From a virus: DNA of 64,000 nt. Below the pieces are notes generated by a model that was not told the origin of the DNA, did not search any database, and saw nothing but the letters and a program-made list of their open reading frames with translations. The first letter of the stretch is position 1. Every line of letters begins with the position of its first letter. Position numbers and translations under genes: made by a program. Positions 18,165 to 28,109 of this stretch are shown here, one piece after another. The DNA is taken from IMG/VR virus record IMGVR_UViG_3300002835_000047, positions 1 through 64,000 of that record; one strand, 5' to 3'.

Positions 18165-18719
18165 ATGTCTAGTAAACACATATTAAGCTTAGAAGTTCCT
18201 ACAGTGGCAAACTGTGAGATTTTATCTATAAGGGATACTAGTCAATATTCTACTTTATTGCCTATAGATTGTCCGGAGCTTTTAATCACTGTTCCTGGGT
18301 TTAATTCTTCAATTATAGTTCAGACTACTCCAAAGTTTTTTGTAAACTTAAATGCTTGTGATTTAGCTTTACAAACCTCAGGGTGTAATGAACAAAGAGC
18401 CCCATTGTCAGATGGTGTTTATATTATAAGATATAGTCTTTCTCCAAAGGACAAAGTTTCTGTTGAGTACAATCATTTGAGAGTTACAAGCATTTTAAAT
18501 GCATACTACAAGACTCTTTGTTGCCTTGATCTAAATAATTGTGAACCATTTTCGGAAAAAGCTGATTTGATTAAGGAATTGCAATACATTAAAACTATAA
18601 TAGATGGTGCGGTTGCTAATGTTGAATACTGCAGTAGTCCATCAAAGGGCATGGATATGTATAATTATGCTCTTAACCGATTAGATAAAATTATTTGTAA
18701 AAGTTGTGGATGTAATTAA
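18165..18719 (+). CDS. Cys-rich hypothetical structural protein
   Basis: 184 aa with LSDGVYIIRYS and several Cys (LCCLDLNNC; C-terminal CKSCGCN). Confidence 0.75.
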   Translation: MSSKHILSLEVPTVANCEILSIRDTSQYSTLLPIDCPELLITVPGFNSSIIVQTTPKFFVNLNACDLALQTSGCNEQRAPLSDGVYIIRYSLSPKDKVSVEYNHLRVTSILNAYYKTLCCLDLNNCEPFSEKADLIKELQYIKTIIDGAVANVEYCSSPSKGMDMYNYALNRLDKIICKSCGCN

Positions 18720-18721
18720 TT

Positions 18722-18841
18722 ATGAATTGTAAACATTGCGATAAAGGTTTTAGTTGCGGTTGTCAAAAGACAACGGCTCAAGATGGGAGTCTTGTTCACA
18801 AGACTTGTTTGTCTGATTATGAAAAAAGCAAAAAGAAGTAA
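18722..18841 (+). CDS. Small Cys/His-rich protein (39 aa), not in the ORF track
   Basis: MNCKHCDKGFSCGCQKTTAQDGSLVHKTCLSDYEKSKKK; it fills the gap between the flanking genes almost exactly (2 nt and 7 nt spacers). Confidence 0.75.
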   Translation: MNCKHCDKGFSCGCQKTTAQDGSLVHKTCLSDYEKSKKK

Positions 18842-18848
18842 AATTTAA

Positions 18849-19388
18849 ATGACTATAAATACAATACAAACAGAGAAAAATTTTGGAGAAGCTGTTTACA
18901 GGAGCTTCAAAGAGAAGAAGTATGGAATTGCTTCATGCTGTTATATTGATTTAGAAAAATTAAAAATTAAAAAAGAACTTTGTGATTGGCAGAATATTTC
19001 GCCTTGTGAATCAAGTTGTGGTGCTGGAGTTTCCACGGTTGTAAATGTGGGCCTTGTTGGAACAAGTGTTATCAATAGTTCTTGTGATTCAGACCAAAGC
19101 TGCCCTCAAGTTACAGCATGTCCCGATAATAATGTTTTAACTAGTATTTTAAATCAATTAAACGTTATACAAGATGAAATACAAAATATAAAGCCTGATT
19201 CCTATGTTTTTGTGCAACCTACACCGGCATCTATTTGGATAATAGAACATGATTTGAATAAATATCCAAACGTGTCAATTGAAGATTCAACTGGAGATGA
19301 CGTTATGGGTCAAATATCTTATATAAATTTAAACAAAGTTCAACTAACATTTATAGTTCCTATTTCGGGAACTGCTTATCTGTCTTAA
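18849..19388 (+). CDS. Cys-rich hypothetical structural protein
   Basis: 179 aa. The C-terminal WIIEHDLNKYPNVSIEDSTG...VQLTF...GTAYLS domain is typical of phage fibre-associated proteins. Confidence 0.75.
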   Translation: MTINTIQTEKNFGEAVYRSFKEKKYGIASCCYIDLEKLKIKKELCDWQNISPCESSCGAGVSTVVNVGLVGTSVINSSCDSDQSCPQVTACPDNNVLTSILNQLNVIQDEIQNIKPDSYVFVQPTPASIWIIEHDLNKYPNVSIEDSTGDDVMGQISYINLNKVQLTFIVPISGTAYLS

Positions 19389-19407
19389 TTTTTTAAATTA
19401 AAAAACT

Positions 19408-21702
19408 ATGTCACTAAAAATTTTATCGCATATTACATCATTTAATATTGATATGCAAAAGAATCAACTGCAAAATGCAGTTGTTCATCCTTTAGCTTCC
19501 GCTCCATCGAGTCCAGTTGCTGGTCAAATTTACTATAATAATAGCTCTAACGATCTGTTTTTTTGGAATGGTACCGCATGGGTTAGTTCTGCGGGTGTTA
19601 CAAGTGTTACAGCAGGTAATGGTATTACTGTAACTGGAACCAACACGGTTACAGTTACTAATGCTACTGTAGGATTTACATCAACAACAAAAAGCGGTAC
19701 TGCAGTAACTCTTACCAGCGCGTCAACAACTACACAACGGTTTACTGGTACTGGTAATCAAACCATTGTTTTACCAGATAATACTACGTTATATATAGGT
19801 TGGTCTGTTCTCCTTATGCATGCAGCTACCTCAGGGACATTAGCAATACAGTATAATGGCGGTACTGGTTATGCTAATTTAAGTGCCAATCAGATTGCTC
19901 GTTTTATTTGCACTTCTACTACGGCTGCACAAACTGAGTCCTGGCAGATCTTTTATGAAGGTAGTGATAATGCTACGGGCATTGGATCTCTTGTTTATTC
20001 CGATGGTCCTACATTTGTAGGTCCGATCCTTGGTACACCTGCTTCTGCTACTTTAACAAATGCTACAGGTTTACCTATTGTTGCTGGAACAACTGGTACT
20101 TTAACTGTAGCTCGTGGTGGTACGGGTGTAACTACTTTTACATCAAATGGTATTTTATTTGGCAACGCTGGCAATAATTTGCAAGTAACTGCAGCTGGCA
20201 CACAACATCAGGTTTTGTTAGCAGGTTCTGGTGGAACACCTGCGTTTGGCGCACTTAACCTTTCTCAAGGGGCCGCAGTAACAGGCACTTTACCCATAGG
20301 CAACGGTGGTACTGGAAGTACTACAGGTTCTATTACGGGTAGTGGCGCTCTTACATTTACAGCTGGTGGAGCTGATAATAACGTTACCCTTGTTCCAACC
20401 GGAACTGGTAGCGTTAATGTTTCCAGCAAGAAAATTACAAATCTTGCGGAACCTACAGCAGCTTCAGATGCTGCTACTAAAGGGTATGTTGATGGTATGG
20501 CCCAAGGTCTTGATCTTAAGGCTTCTGTTTTTTGTGCTTCTACAGCTAATATAGCGGGTGTTTATAACAATGGTACGTCTGGAGTTGGCGCTACGCTTAC
20601 TCCCGCATTGCAGGCGGCACTTAGTCTTGATGGTGTTAATGCTAACACAGTTGGTGTACGCGTATTAATTAAAGATCAAACTACACAAGCCCAGAATGGT
20701 ATTTACGTAGTTACTCAAGTTGGTGGTGTAGGGCAGTCTCCAATTCTTACACGCGCTGATGACTTTAACCAACCTGCTGAAATACCAGGTGCTTTTACTT
20801 TTGTTGAACAGGGTACTACACAAGCTGATAGAGGGTATGTTTGTACAACAGATATCGGTGGTTTAGTTATAGGAACTACAAACATTACATTTACTCAGTT
20901 TAGTTCGGCTGGTTCATACACAGCATCTACTGGTATTACACTTAATGGTAATGATTTTCAGCTTGCCACCGGCAATGTTTTGTCTTTGTTTAATATTAGT
21001 ACTGATGGTTTTATTGCCCGCAATGGATCGGGTACTGTAGTTGCACGTACTCTTACAGGAACAGCCAATCAGATTAGTATTTCCAATACTACTGGCGGTG
21101 GTAATCCTGTGTTTAGTTTGCCGCAGGATATACATAGTGGAGCTTCGCCAACATTTGCGGGTCTTACTATTAATGGTACCGTGACTATACGTGCTGCTGC
21201 TACTGCTACTGCGGCTACTCAGATTCCAATTTTTACAGCTGATCCTTCTTCCACTGCTAGAACATTAGTAACAAGAACTCCGGCTGAACTTAGGAGTGAT
21301 ATAGGCGCAATGCCTGAACCAGCCGGTAATGGTATTGTTGTTAGAACTGGGTCTCAGACATCAGTGAATAGAACTATTACGGGCACTGGTGGCGCTATTA
21401 CCAGTAGTCCTGCCGGAGCTGGTGGCGGTATTATTGTAACTAATGGTGATGGTGTAAGTAATAATCCAACTATTAGTCTTAAATCTTATTCTGTTGCTGG
21501 TCCAAGCTCTGCGACTAATAGTTGGACCATTGATCATCAATTAAATAGTGAGGCTCTTATTGTCACGCTTAGAGAAGTTGGTGCTAACGGGGAGATGGTG
21601 TTAGCAGACACTATTTTTCTTGATAGTAATAGGATTACATTTAGTTTTGTGAATAGTCAAACTGCTAATACACTTAGAGTTAGTGTTCTCAGGGTTGATT
21701 AA
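19408..21702 (+). CDS. Tail fibre-like protein
   Basis: 764 aa, rich in Gly/Thr/Ala, with ITNLAEPTAASDAATKGYVD and RVLIKDQTTQAQNGIYVV fibre motifs. Confidence 0.8.
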   Translation: MSLKILSHITSFNIDMQKNQLQNAVVHPLASAPSSPVAGQIYYNNSSNDLFFWNGTAWVSSAGVTSVTAGNGITVTGTNTVTVTNATVGFTSTTKSGTAVTLTSASTTTQRFTGTGNQTIVLPDNTTLYIGWSVLLMHAATSGTLAIQYNGGTGYANLSANQIARFICTSTTAAQTESWQIFYEGSDNATGIGSLVYSDGPTFVGPILGTPASATLTNATGLPIVAGTTGTLTVARGGTGVTTFTSNGILFGNAGNNLQVTAAGTQHQVLLAGSGGTPAFGALNLSQGAAVTGTLPIGNGGTGSTTGSITGSGALTFTAGGADNNVTLVPTGTGSVNVSSKKITNLAEPTAASDAATKGYVDGMAQGLDLKASVFCASTANIAGVYNNGTSGVGATLTPALQAALSLDGVNANTVGVRVLIKDQTTQAQNGIYVVTQVGGVGQSPILTRADDFNQPAEIPGAFTFVEQGTTQADRGYVCTTDIGGLVIGTTNITFTQFSSAGSYTASTGITLNGNDFQLATGNVLSLFNISTDGFIARNGSGTVVARTLTGTANQISISNTTGGGNPVFSLPQDIHSGASPTFAGLTINGTVTIRAAATATAATQIPIFTADPSSTARTLVTRTPAELRSDIGAMPEPAGNGIVVRTGSQTSVNRTITGTGGAITSSPAGAGGGIIVTNGDGVSNNPTISLKSYSVAGPSSATNSWTIDHQLNSEALIVTLREVGANGEMVLADTIFLDSNRITFSFVNSQTANTLRVSVLRVD

Positions 21703-21723
21703 ACTTTTAATAGCAATTTATAG

Positions 21724-21755
21724 AACAGGTGCTTTTTTTAAGGCACCTGTTTTAT
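21724..21755 (+). terminator. Rho-independent terminator
   Basis: AACAGGTGC...GCACCTGTT followed by Ts. Confidence 0.75.
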
Positions 21756-21760
21756 ATTTG
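21753..21760 (+). promoter_or_regulatory. Bacteroidota-type -7 box TATATTTG
   Basis: TAnnTTTG 14 nt upstream of the ATG at 21775, directly after the terminator. Confidence 0.55.
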
Positions 21761-21774
21761 TAATAAATACTAGT

Positions 21775-24700
21775 ATGCCACTTAGAATACTTTCGTCTGT
21801 CCAAACTAGCGGGATATTAATTGCTCCGGAATCTACAACAAGTAATGCGGCTATTAGGATACCCCATGGTGTTGCTCCAACTTCACCTACGAATGGTGAT
21901 ATTTGGACAACTAGTGCTGGATTGCATGTAAGGATTTCTGGAGCTACTATTAATTTAGGTAGTGGTACAGTAACATCGGTTGCGCTTTCACTTCCCGCAA
22001 TGTTTACCGTAACTAATTCACCGGTAACAACTTCTGGTACACTTACAGCAACACTTGCTTCTCAGACAGCCAACACGTTTTTGGCAGCTCCCAGCGGTTC
22101 TAGCGGTGTGCCAAGTTTTAGAACAATCGTTGGTGCTGATATTCCTATTACTTACACAGCATCTCTCAGAGCAAATGTTAACATTTCTGGTGGTGGTACA
22201 ATTACAGTAAACGCAACAGGTTCTGTTTTGTGGAGTCAGCGTTTTATTATTATTTCTAATGGTAATGGATCAAATTTTGGAACTTCTGGTTTTTTTGACA
22301 TTACTTGTCCAACAACAGGAACAATTATAGGTGTTGGTGGCGCAGCAAATACAACCGCAACTGCGGCAGGTATTCCTCTAGGGAACTATGAAGCAATTTA
22401 TTACATACTGCCAATTGGTGCTGCTTCTGCAAGTGTTCCTGCTAATTTTAGAGTTGTAAGTTATACTTCTGCTATTGACATTCCCCATGATTGGGTGTTA
22501 GTATGTTTACGTAATGGTGATAATGGAACATTTTATTTTACAGCAGGTTACACACTTCCTTTAAGTGGATCAATTATAACAAGTAGTCATAATGCTCTCC
22601 GTGCTAGCTTTGCAGATCAACTTTTTACTGCACGCACTATTGGCGGTGTAAGTTTTGATGGTAGCGCAAATATTAACCTGCCAGGTGTAAACACTGCAGG
22701 TACTCAAAACACGACAGGTTCTGCCGCAACACTTACAACTGCAAGAACACTTACTATTGGAAGCACTGGTAAAACTTTTAATGGTTCTGCAAACGTAGCA
22801 TGGACTACTACAGAAATAGGTGCTGAATTTCAAGCTCCTGCCGGTATCCCAAGAAGTAATCTTGGTCAGCCTACTGTCAGAGAAATGGCATTATTTGATT
22901 CTGAATATGATAACAAAACAGATCGTTTTAACGTAAATAACATATGGGTAGAAACATCTACAGATAATATTACTTGGACAGATACTGTAGCTACAGATCA
23001 AAACAAACGTAGACTTGTTGGTGGTGACCAAACAGATTCAAGTATTGTAATACCTTACGGCACACCTTACTTTAGAATACGTTTAAGAGCAGTTAACTAT
23101 GTATTTCTTAATGCCTTGTATATGTACTGGTCTAGTCAGGGGCATAATTCGCAAGTACAGATTTTTAGGAAGCATGATAGCGGTTCTTGGCAATCTTTTA
23201 CTAATTCTACTGTATTAGTTAATTCTTGGCCAGGTCATCTTTTTTTACCATTTCCTGGTGATGGAATAGCTTGGCATCCAGCAGGAACATTAGGAACTCA
23301 CTATAATGAAGTTTATGTTTTGTTTATTCCTACATGGAATGTTGCTTATCCAAGCAACAACATTGCGCTTCTTAGAATGCAGTGGTGGGGTGGTTATCCA
23401 GCTGGAAGAAGAAACCTTTATACTACAACAGAGTTTGGTGCGGCATTGTTTCCTAATACTGTTTCAGCAACTACTTTAACATCAACTGTTGCTACAGGTA
23501 CAGCACCATTGACTATAACTTCCACTACTGAAGTAGCTAATCTAAATGCTGCATTGCTCAATGGAGTTGCTTCAGCAACTACTAATACAAATAACACCAT
23601 TGTAAGACGTGATGGTTCTGGTAATTTTAGTGCTGGTACAATTACTGCAACTAATTATGCAGATGCTACAGGTGCATATAATGTAAACTTAGGTTCTGGA
23701 GGTAGTGAAGGCCGTGGTTTAGTAGCCGGATATTCAGGTGGTAGTTATAGCGGTATAGGATATAATGTAAGGCACACTGTAACTGGTGCTACATATATAG
23801 CACCTAATGCAGATACGTCATCTTATTTACTTTTTAACGCAAGTGGGTTTACATTCTTTGGTGCTACATCGGGTCTTGCAGGACGAACTCTTAGTTACAA
23901 ATCACTTGCAACTCTTAATTTTTCTGGTGAATTTGCCCCTGTAGGAACCATTATTGCTCCTACAGCTGCAAACAGTTTAGCCTCGATCAGACTTCCTCAT
24001 GGAACCGCACCAACTTCACCTACAAACGGTGATATGTGGACTACTACTGCAGGACTGTTTGTAAGAATTAATGGCGCTACTGTTGGACCACTGGGTAGCG
24101 GAGGTGGTGGGGGTGGAACTGTTACTAGCATTACAGCAGGTACAGGACTTACCGGAGGTACAATCACAACTTCCGGTACAATTGCTATTGACCAAGGAGC
24201 ACAGATTATTTCTACTAAGGCAAATAACGCAATCACAGGAGGTGGTCAGATTTATCTTAATGGTGCTACTGGTAATAGAATAGACTTTAACACTAACGGT
24301 GTTGCTGCTCCTGCGTTTACTACAAGAAGTGTCGGTACCAAAATTGTATTATATCCTTCGCTAACTGGTTCAGCAATGGACTATGCGTTGGGTATAAATA
24401 CATCAACATTTTGGTTAAGTGTTCCGGGTAATGTTTCAAGTGACATATTTAGTTTTTATGGTGGAACTACAGAAGTATTAAGATTAACTGGTGACGGAAG
24501 ACTTAGAACACTTGCAGGAACAGCGTTGTTACCTGCTATTTCACCAGGTCTTAGTGGCTTTGACCTAGACACGGGTATTTTTTTTCCAGCAGCAGATACC
24601 ATTGCATTTTCAGAAGGTGGTGTAGAGGTAATGAGAATTGACAGCAGTGCTAGGGTAGGTATAGGTACAACATCTCCATCGGCTCGTCTGCAAGTAAAAG

Positions 24701-25191
24701 GTAGTGGAGCAACATCCGGAACAACAGCCCTGAGAGTAGAAAACTCTTCAGGTACTGGGGCGCTTGAAATTATGGATGATGGTCAACTCAGAGTAGGTGC
24801 TGGTACAGCTTCTTTACCTTCTATTTCTGCAGGTTTAAATAGCAGTGATACTAACACAGGTATTTACTTTCCTGCCACAGATGCTATTGCACTTGCAACC
24901 GGCGGTACAAGAAGAATGCGCGCAGATACTAACGGAGTAGGTTTTCATGTTGATCCTGCACACTGGATACATTTATCAACAGATCCAGGAAGTAGTAAAT
25001 ATCTTAATATTGATTCTACACAAAGTAGTAACTCACCACTTGAATACACTTCAAGTGGGGGTAATACTATAAATAAAGTAATTGGAATTACTCAAGATAG
25101 TAATGTATTAGGTACACCTGATTATTGGATGGAAATTAAACTTGATGGAGTTATTGTTTTAGTTCCTTGCTATACACCGTATGTTCCGTAA
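21775..25191 (+). CDS. Tail fibre/receptor-binding protein with internal repeats
   Basis: 1138 aa, rich in Gly/Thr/Ser, with duplicated PHGxAPTSPTNGDxWTT and TGIxFPAxDxIA modules and RVGIGTTSP. Confidence 0.8.
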   Translation: MPLRILSSVQTSGILIAPESTTSNAAIRIPHGVAPTSPTNGDIWTTSAGLHVRISGATINLGSGTVTSVALSLPAMFTVTNSPVTTSGTLTATLASQTANTFLAAPSGSSGVPSFRTIVGADIPITYTASLRANVNISGGGTITVNATGSVLWSQRFIIISNGNGSNFGTSGFFDITCPTTGTIIGVGGAANTTATAAGIPLGNYEAIYYILPIGAASASVPANFRVVSYTSAIDIPHDWVLVCLRNGDNGTFYFTAGYTLPLSGSIITSSHNALRASFADQLFTARTIGGVSFDGSANINLPGVNTAGTQNTTGSAATLTTARTLTIGSTGKTFNGSANVAWTTTEIGAEFQAPAGIPRSNLGQPTVREMALFDSEYDNKTDRFNVNNIWVETSTDNITWTDTVATDQNKRRLVGGDQTDSSIVIPYGTPYFRIRLRAVNYVFLNALYMYWSSQGHNSQVQIFRKHDSGSWQSFTNSTVLVNSWPGHLFLPFPGDGIAWHPAGTLGTHYNEVYVLFIPTWNVAYPSNNIALLRMQWWGGYPAGRRNLYTTTEFGAALFPNTVSATTLTSTVATGTAPLTITSTTEVANLNAALLNGVASATTNTNNTIVRRDGSGNFSAGTITATNYADATGAYNVNLGSGGSEGRGLVAGYSGGSYSGIGYNVRHTVTGATYIAPNADTSSYLLFNASGFTFFGATSGLAGRTLSYKSLATLNFSGEFAPVGTIIAPTAANSLASIRLPHGTAPTSPTNGDMWTTTAGLFVRINGATVGPLGSGGGGGGTVTSITAGTGLTGGTITTSGTIAIDQGAQIISTKANNAITGGGQIYLNGATGNRIDFNTNGVAAPAFTTRSVGTKIVLYPSLTGSAMDYALGINTSTFWLSVPGNVSSDIFSFYGGTTEVLRLTGDGRLRTLAGTALLPAISPGLSGFDLDTGIFFPAADTIAFSEGGVEVMRIDSSARVGIGTTSPSARLQVKGSGATSGTTALRVENSSGTGALEIMDDGQLRVGAGTASLPSISAGLNSSDTNTGIYFPATDAIALATGGTRRMRADTNGVGFHVDPAHWIHLSTDPGSSKYLNIDSTQSSNSPLEYTSSGGNTINKVIGITQDSNVLGTPDYWMEIKLDGVIVLVPCYTPYVP

Positions 25192-25292
25192 CTTTAGTGG
25201 GTGATCGTTGAATTGTCTTTACCAAATTAATATTTTTATTGTAATTAAATCTTTTGAAATACTTAAAACTTATAAATCTTAAATTTAAAATT

Positions 25293-25652
25293 ATGGCCAT
25301 TCAAGCAACATCACCTATTGTTTACAACTATGGGACTTATCAAAATCCTTATTTTCGTTTGGTACCACGTCTTGCAGCAGACGGAATTACAATTCCTGTA
25401 GACTGTTTTATGTACCCTTCTAAAGAAGCGTACTTAGAAGGTACATATCATCTTGCCTGCATTCCAGTTTATATTTCTGTTTCAGACGAAACAACCAATA
25501 CTGCTGAAGGTATAGTTAATAAATATCTTTTGTATGTTTCAGAACAGGTTGTGATTAAACTTCAAGAACTATATCCGGAATCTAGTTTTGAGATTGTTGA
25601 AATTCCAGAGGAAAAACTTGCAACCAAAAAATCTAAAAGTCAAAGTAAATAG
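25293..25652 (+). CDS. Hypothetical protein
   Basis: ATG at 25293 (MAIQATSP) has an A/T-rich leader and is preferred over the track start at 25254. Confidence 0.7.
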   Translation: MAIQATSPIVYNYGTYQNPYFRLVPRLAADGITIPVDCFMYPSKEAYLEGTYHLACIPVYISVSDETTNTAEGIVNKYLLYVSEQVVIKLQELYPESSFEIVEIPEEKLATKKSKSQSK

Positions 25653-25683
25653 TTGTATAAAGTGCAGATGATAACTATCTTTG
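25653..25683 (+). promoter_or_regulatory. Bacteroidota-type promoter TTG-N20-TATCTTTG
   Basis: TTG at 25653-25655 and TAnnTTTG at 25676-25683. Confidence 0.55.
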
Positions 25684-25705
25684 TGTAGTTTAAACATACA
25701 TATTT

Positions 25706-26152
25706 ATGATTAGCACAAAAAAAACCAAACTTAATGTTTTACAGTTACGAGATCTGCATTTAGAACTTAATGGTGATACCGCCTTAGCTACTAAGGGACT
25801 GCTTCAAGAAAAGATTCCTTTTGTACTTAAGTTTCATATGTCATCTGTGGCAAAAATTGCTTTGGAAGTTTATAGCACAACAGAAGATATGCGGGTTGAA
25901 CTTATTAAGCAATATGGTGTAGTAAGTGATACCGGATATGTTAATATAGAACAAACGCTTATTGAAATAGATGAAACCACTGGGCTTGAAAAACAAGTTG
26001 AAAATCCCAATTATATTAAATTTATTAAAGAGTGGAGTGATATAGTACAGGTTGAAAAAGAAATTGAGCATTACCCATTTAGCATTGAAGAATTTAAAGA
26101 TCTTGAAACAGATTTTAACTATAGAACAGTATTTTTAATTATTTCACCTTAA
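25706..26152 (+). CDS. Hypothetical protein (fibre-locus associated)
   Basis: 148-aa ORF. Confidence 0.75.
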   Translation: MISTKKTKLNVLQLRDLHLELNGDTALATKGLLQEKIPFVLKFHMSSVAKIALEVYSTTEDMRVELIKQYGVVSDTGYVNIEQTLIEIDETTGLEKQVENPNYIKFIKEWSDIVQVEKEIEHYPFSIEEFKDLETDFNYRTVFLIISP

Positions 26153-26163
26153 ACCACAAAACC

Positions 26164-26460
26164 ATGGCTAAAAAACCAAACCTAAAATCAGCTGAAACTG
26201 TTTATTTTGAAGATGTTGAAGCTAAAAAGCTTACTCCAGAAGAACTAGAGGAACTTAAAAGTACCAGCACTGTTTATCAGAATCACCTTGTTACTTTTGC
26301 TACTATTGAGTTAAGCAAGCAAGAAGCAATTTCTAGATTGACTGAAGTAAAAAGTCTTTATGAAATTTTAGTTGCCAGACTCCAAGAAAAATATGGAGAA
26401 GTAAATGTTTCTTTGGAGGATGGAACAATTACTGCAAAAAATCCTGCAACTAACATTTAG
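26164..26460 (+). CDS. Hypothetical coiled-coil protein
   Basis: 98 aa, helical, ending LQEKYGEVNVSLEDGTI. Confidence 0.75.
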   Translation: MAKKPNLKSAETVYFEDVEAKKLTPEELEELKSTSTVYQNHLVTFATIELSKQEAISRLTEVKSLYEILVARLQEKYGEVNVSLEDGTITAKNPATNI

Positions 26461-26489
26461 TTTTAAAACAATCATTTTTTAATTTTATT

Positions 26490-26520
26490 TTACCGCCCAA
26501 AATACTTGTTTGGGCGGTAA
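26490..26520. terminator. Strong stem-loop, probable terminator or RNA-processing site
   Basis: Perfect 12-bp stem TTACCGCCCAAA-atacttg-TTTGGGCGGTAA with only a weak downstream U-tract. Confidence 0.6.
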
Positions 26521-26528
26521 ACATTTTG

Positions 26529-26540
26529 TATATTATAGTA
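26529..26540 (+). promoter_or_regulatory. Putative late promoter core TATATTATAGTA
   Basis: Matches the recurring core; TTG lies 20 nt upstream (26506-26508). Confidence 0.5.
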
Positions 26541-26571
26541 TATACAACCTGTTCAATAAAATTAAGAATTT

Positions 26572-28098
26572 ATGATACCTGTAAATCAGAGTCAAGGGCC
26601 CTGCACTCCAATTTCATCAAATTGTGTAATTTGGCAGGGCCCGGACATTCCGTGCATTAACTTATGCACCGGAGATACTGTAAGTGACGTTATTGCTAAA
26701 TTAGCCACAGAGCTTTGTGAAATTATTGATGCGTCTTGTCAGTGTAATCCCGATCTATCTGGTTTAACTTTAGATTGTTTACCTTCAAATACACCACTCA
26801 CTTTAAATGGTGTTTTGCAAGCAATTATCACTTATCTATGTGACATTACACCTCCCACACCAATAGCGTGTATAACAGTTCCAACTTGTTTACAAAATCC
26901 TCAACCTAACCCATCATGCATTCCTATTAGGGATTTTGCTGTTCTATTAGGTACAAAAGTTTGTGATATACTTACAAGTATAGCCACAATACAAACAGCT
27001 CTTACAGCTCTTACAGCTCGAGTTGCTATTTTAGAAGCATGTGTGCTTCCTTGTGGAGAATCTGTTACCCCAGAGCAATCTGTAATGTCAAATTGCTTGT
27101 TTCCTTCAACTTTAGTTCCTGTATCAGAACTACTCTTAGCGCTTGAATATGATTTTTGTAATTTCAAAAATTCTGTAGGGACTATTTCTTTAATAAATTC
27201 TGCTATATCCGCACAATGTATATTTGGAAATACAAGTCGTTTGAGTGGACTTGGAACATATTCTTCAGTTCCAGGATGGGTATCTTCTCCTTCAAGTTTG
27301 GCAGAATCAAACATTAATCAATGGCTTGTTCTTTGTGATTTATATGCTGCTTTGTTAAGTGTGAAAGAAAATTGCTGCGGTACTGGATGTTCAAATGTTA
27401 ATTTTGAAGTATCGTACCAACCTACTGGGGCAAATCCTGGGCCAACAAATTTAGTTCTTAACTTTAGTGCTTCTACTATTCCAGTTGGTTACACTGATTG
27501 TAATGGCCATACTGTAGTTACACTTACTGACTATTATGGTACATCAATAACTCAAAACATTAATATTTCTAGTTTGGTTGCTACTTCAAATACAGCAAAT
27601 ATTTCTTTAGCTGGATTGAACACTAATCAATCTATTACACTTTCTATTCCATTTTGTATGTCAGATGGATCTAGCACATGTTCTGAAACAAGAAATATAA
27701 TTATACCTATTAATTTGACATGCCCAACTAAAACTGTTACATCGGCAAATAATTTAATTAACATTCAGATTACCAACACTTTGGGTACATCCGCTATTTA
27801 TACGCTTGTAGCTATTGACACAACTACTGGATTACCTATCGGAAGTGTTACTTTGACTAATCAATCTTCATCAATTACTTACGCATTTAGTGGTGGTATA
27901 GTGGGTAGAACCTACAATGTAATTACTACACTTACGTATGGCCCATCAACTATAACTTGTCCTATAAATTCAGTTATTTTAAGTGGCACTACATCTTACA
28001 ATTGTGTTAGTGGGAATTGTGTTTTAGTTCAAGGATCTGGAGGTCAATATACAACTTTAAGTGCCTGTCAAGCTGCTTGTCAAGAGCTTCAACCTTAA
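26572..28098 (+). CDS. Cys-rich virion protein
   Basis: 508 aa with many Cys, beta-rich C-terminal domains and a terminal CVSGNC...YTTLSACQAAC motif. Confidence 0.75.
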   Translation: MIPVNQSQGPCTPISSNCVIWQGPDIPCINLCTGDTVSDVIAKLATELCEIIDASCQCNPDLSGLTLDCLPSNTPLTLNGVLQAIITYLCDITPPTPIACITVPTCLQNPQPNPSCIPIRDFAVLLGTKVCDILTSIATIQTALTALTARVAILEACVLPCGESVTPEQSVMSNCLFPSTLVPVSELLLALEYDFCNFKNSVGTISLINSAISAQCIFGNTSRLSGLGTYSSVPGWVSSPSSLAESNINQWLVLCDLYAALLSVKENCCGTGCSNVNFEVSYQPTGANPGPTNLVLNFSASTIPVGYTDCNGHTVVTLTDYYGTSITQNINISSLVATSNTANISLAGLNTNQSITLSIPFCMSDGSSTCSETRNIIIPINLTCPTKTVTSANNLINIQITNTLGTSAIYTLVAIDTTTGLPIGSVTLTNQSSSITYAFSGGIVGRTYNVITTLTYGPSTITCPINSVILSGTTSYNCVSGNCVLVQGSGGQYTTLSACQAACQELQP

Positions 28099-28109
28099 AC
28101 TAAAAATAT

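Noticed and set aside
24094-24120. Poly-Gly run GSGGGGGGT as a possible contingency repeat
   Set aside because: The codons are mixed (ggt/agc/gga/ggg), so it is not a slippage-prone homopolymer; it is most likely a flexible linker.
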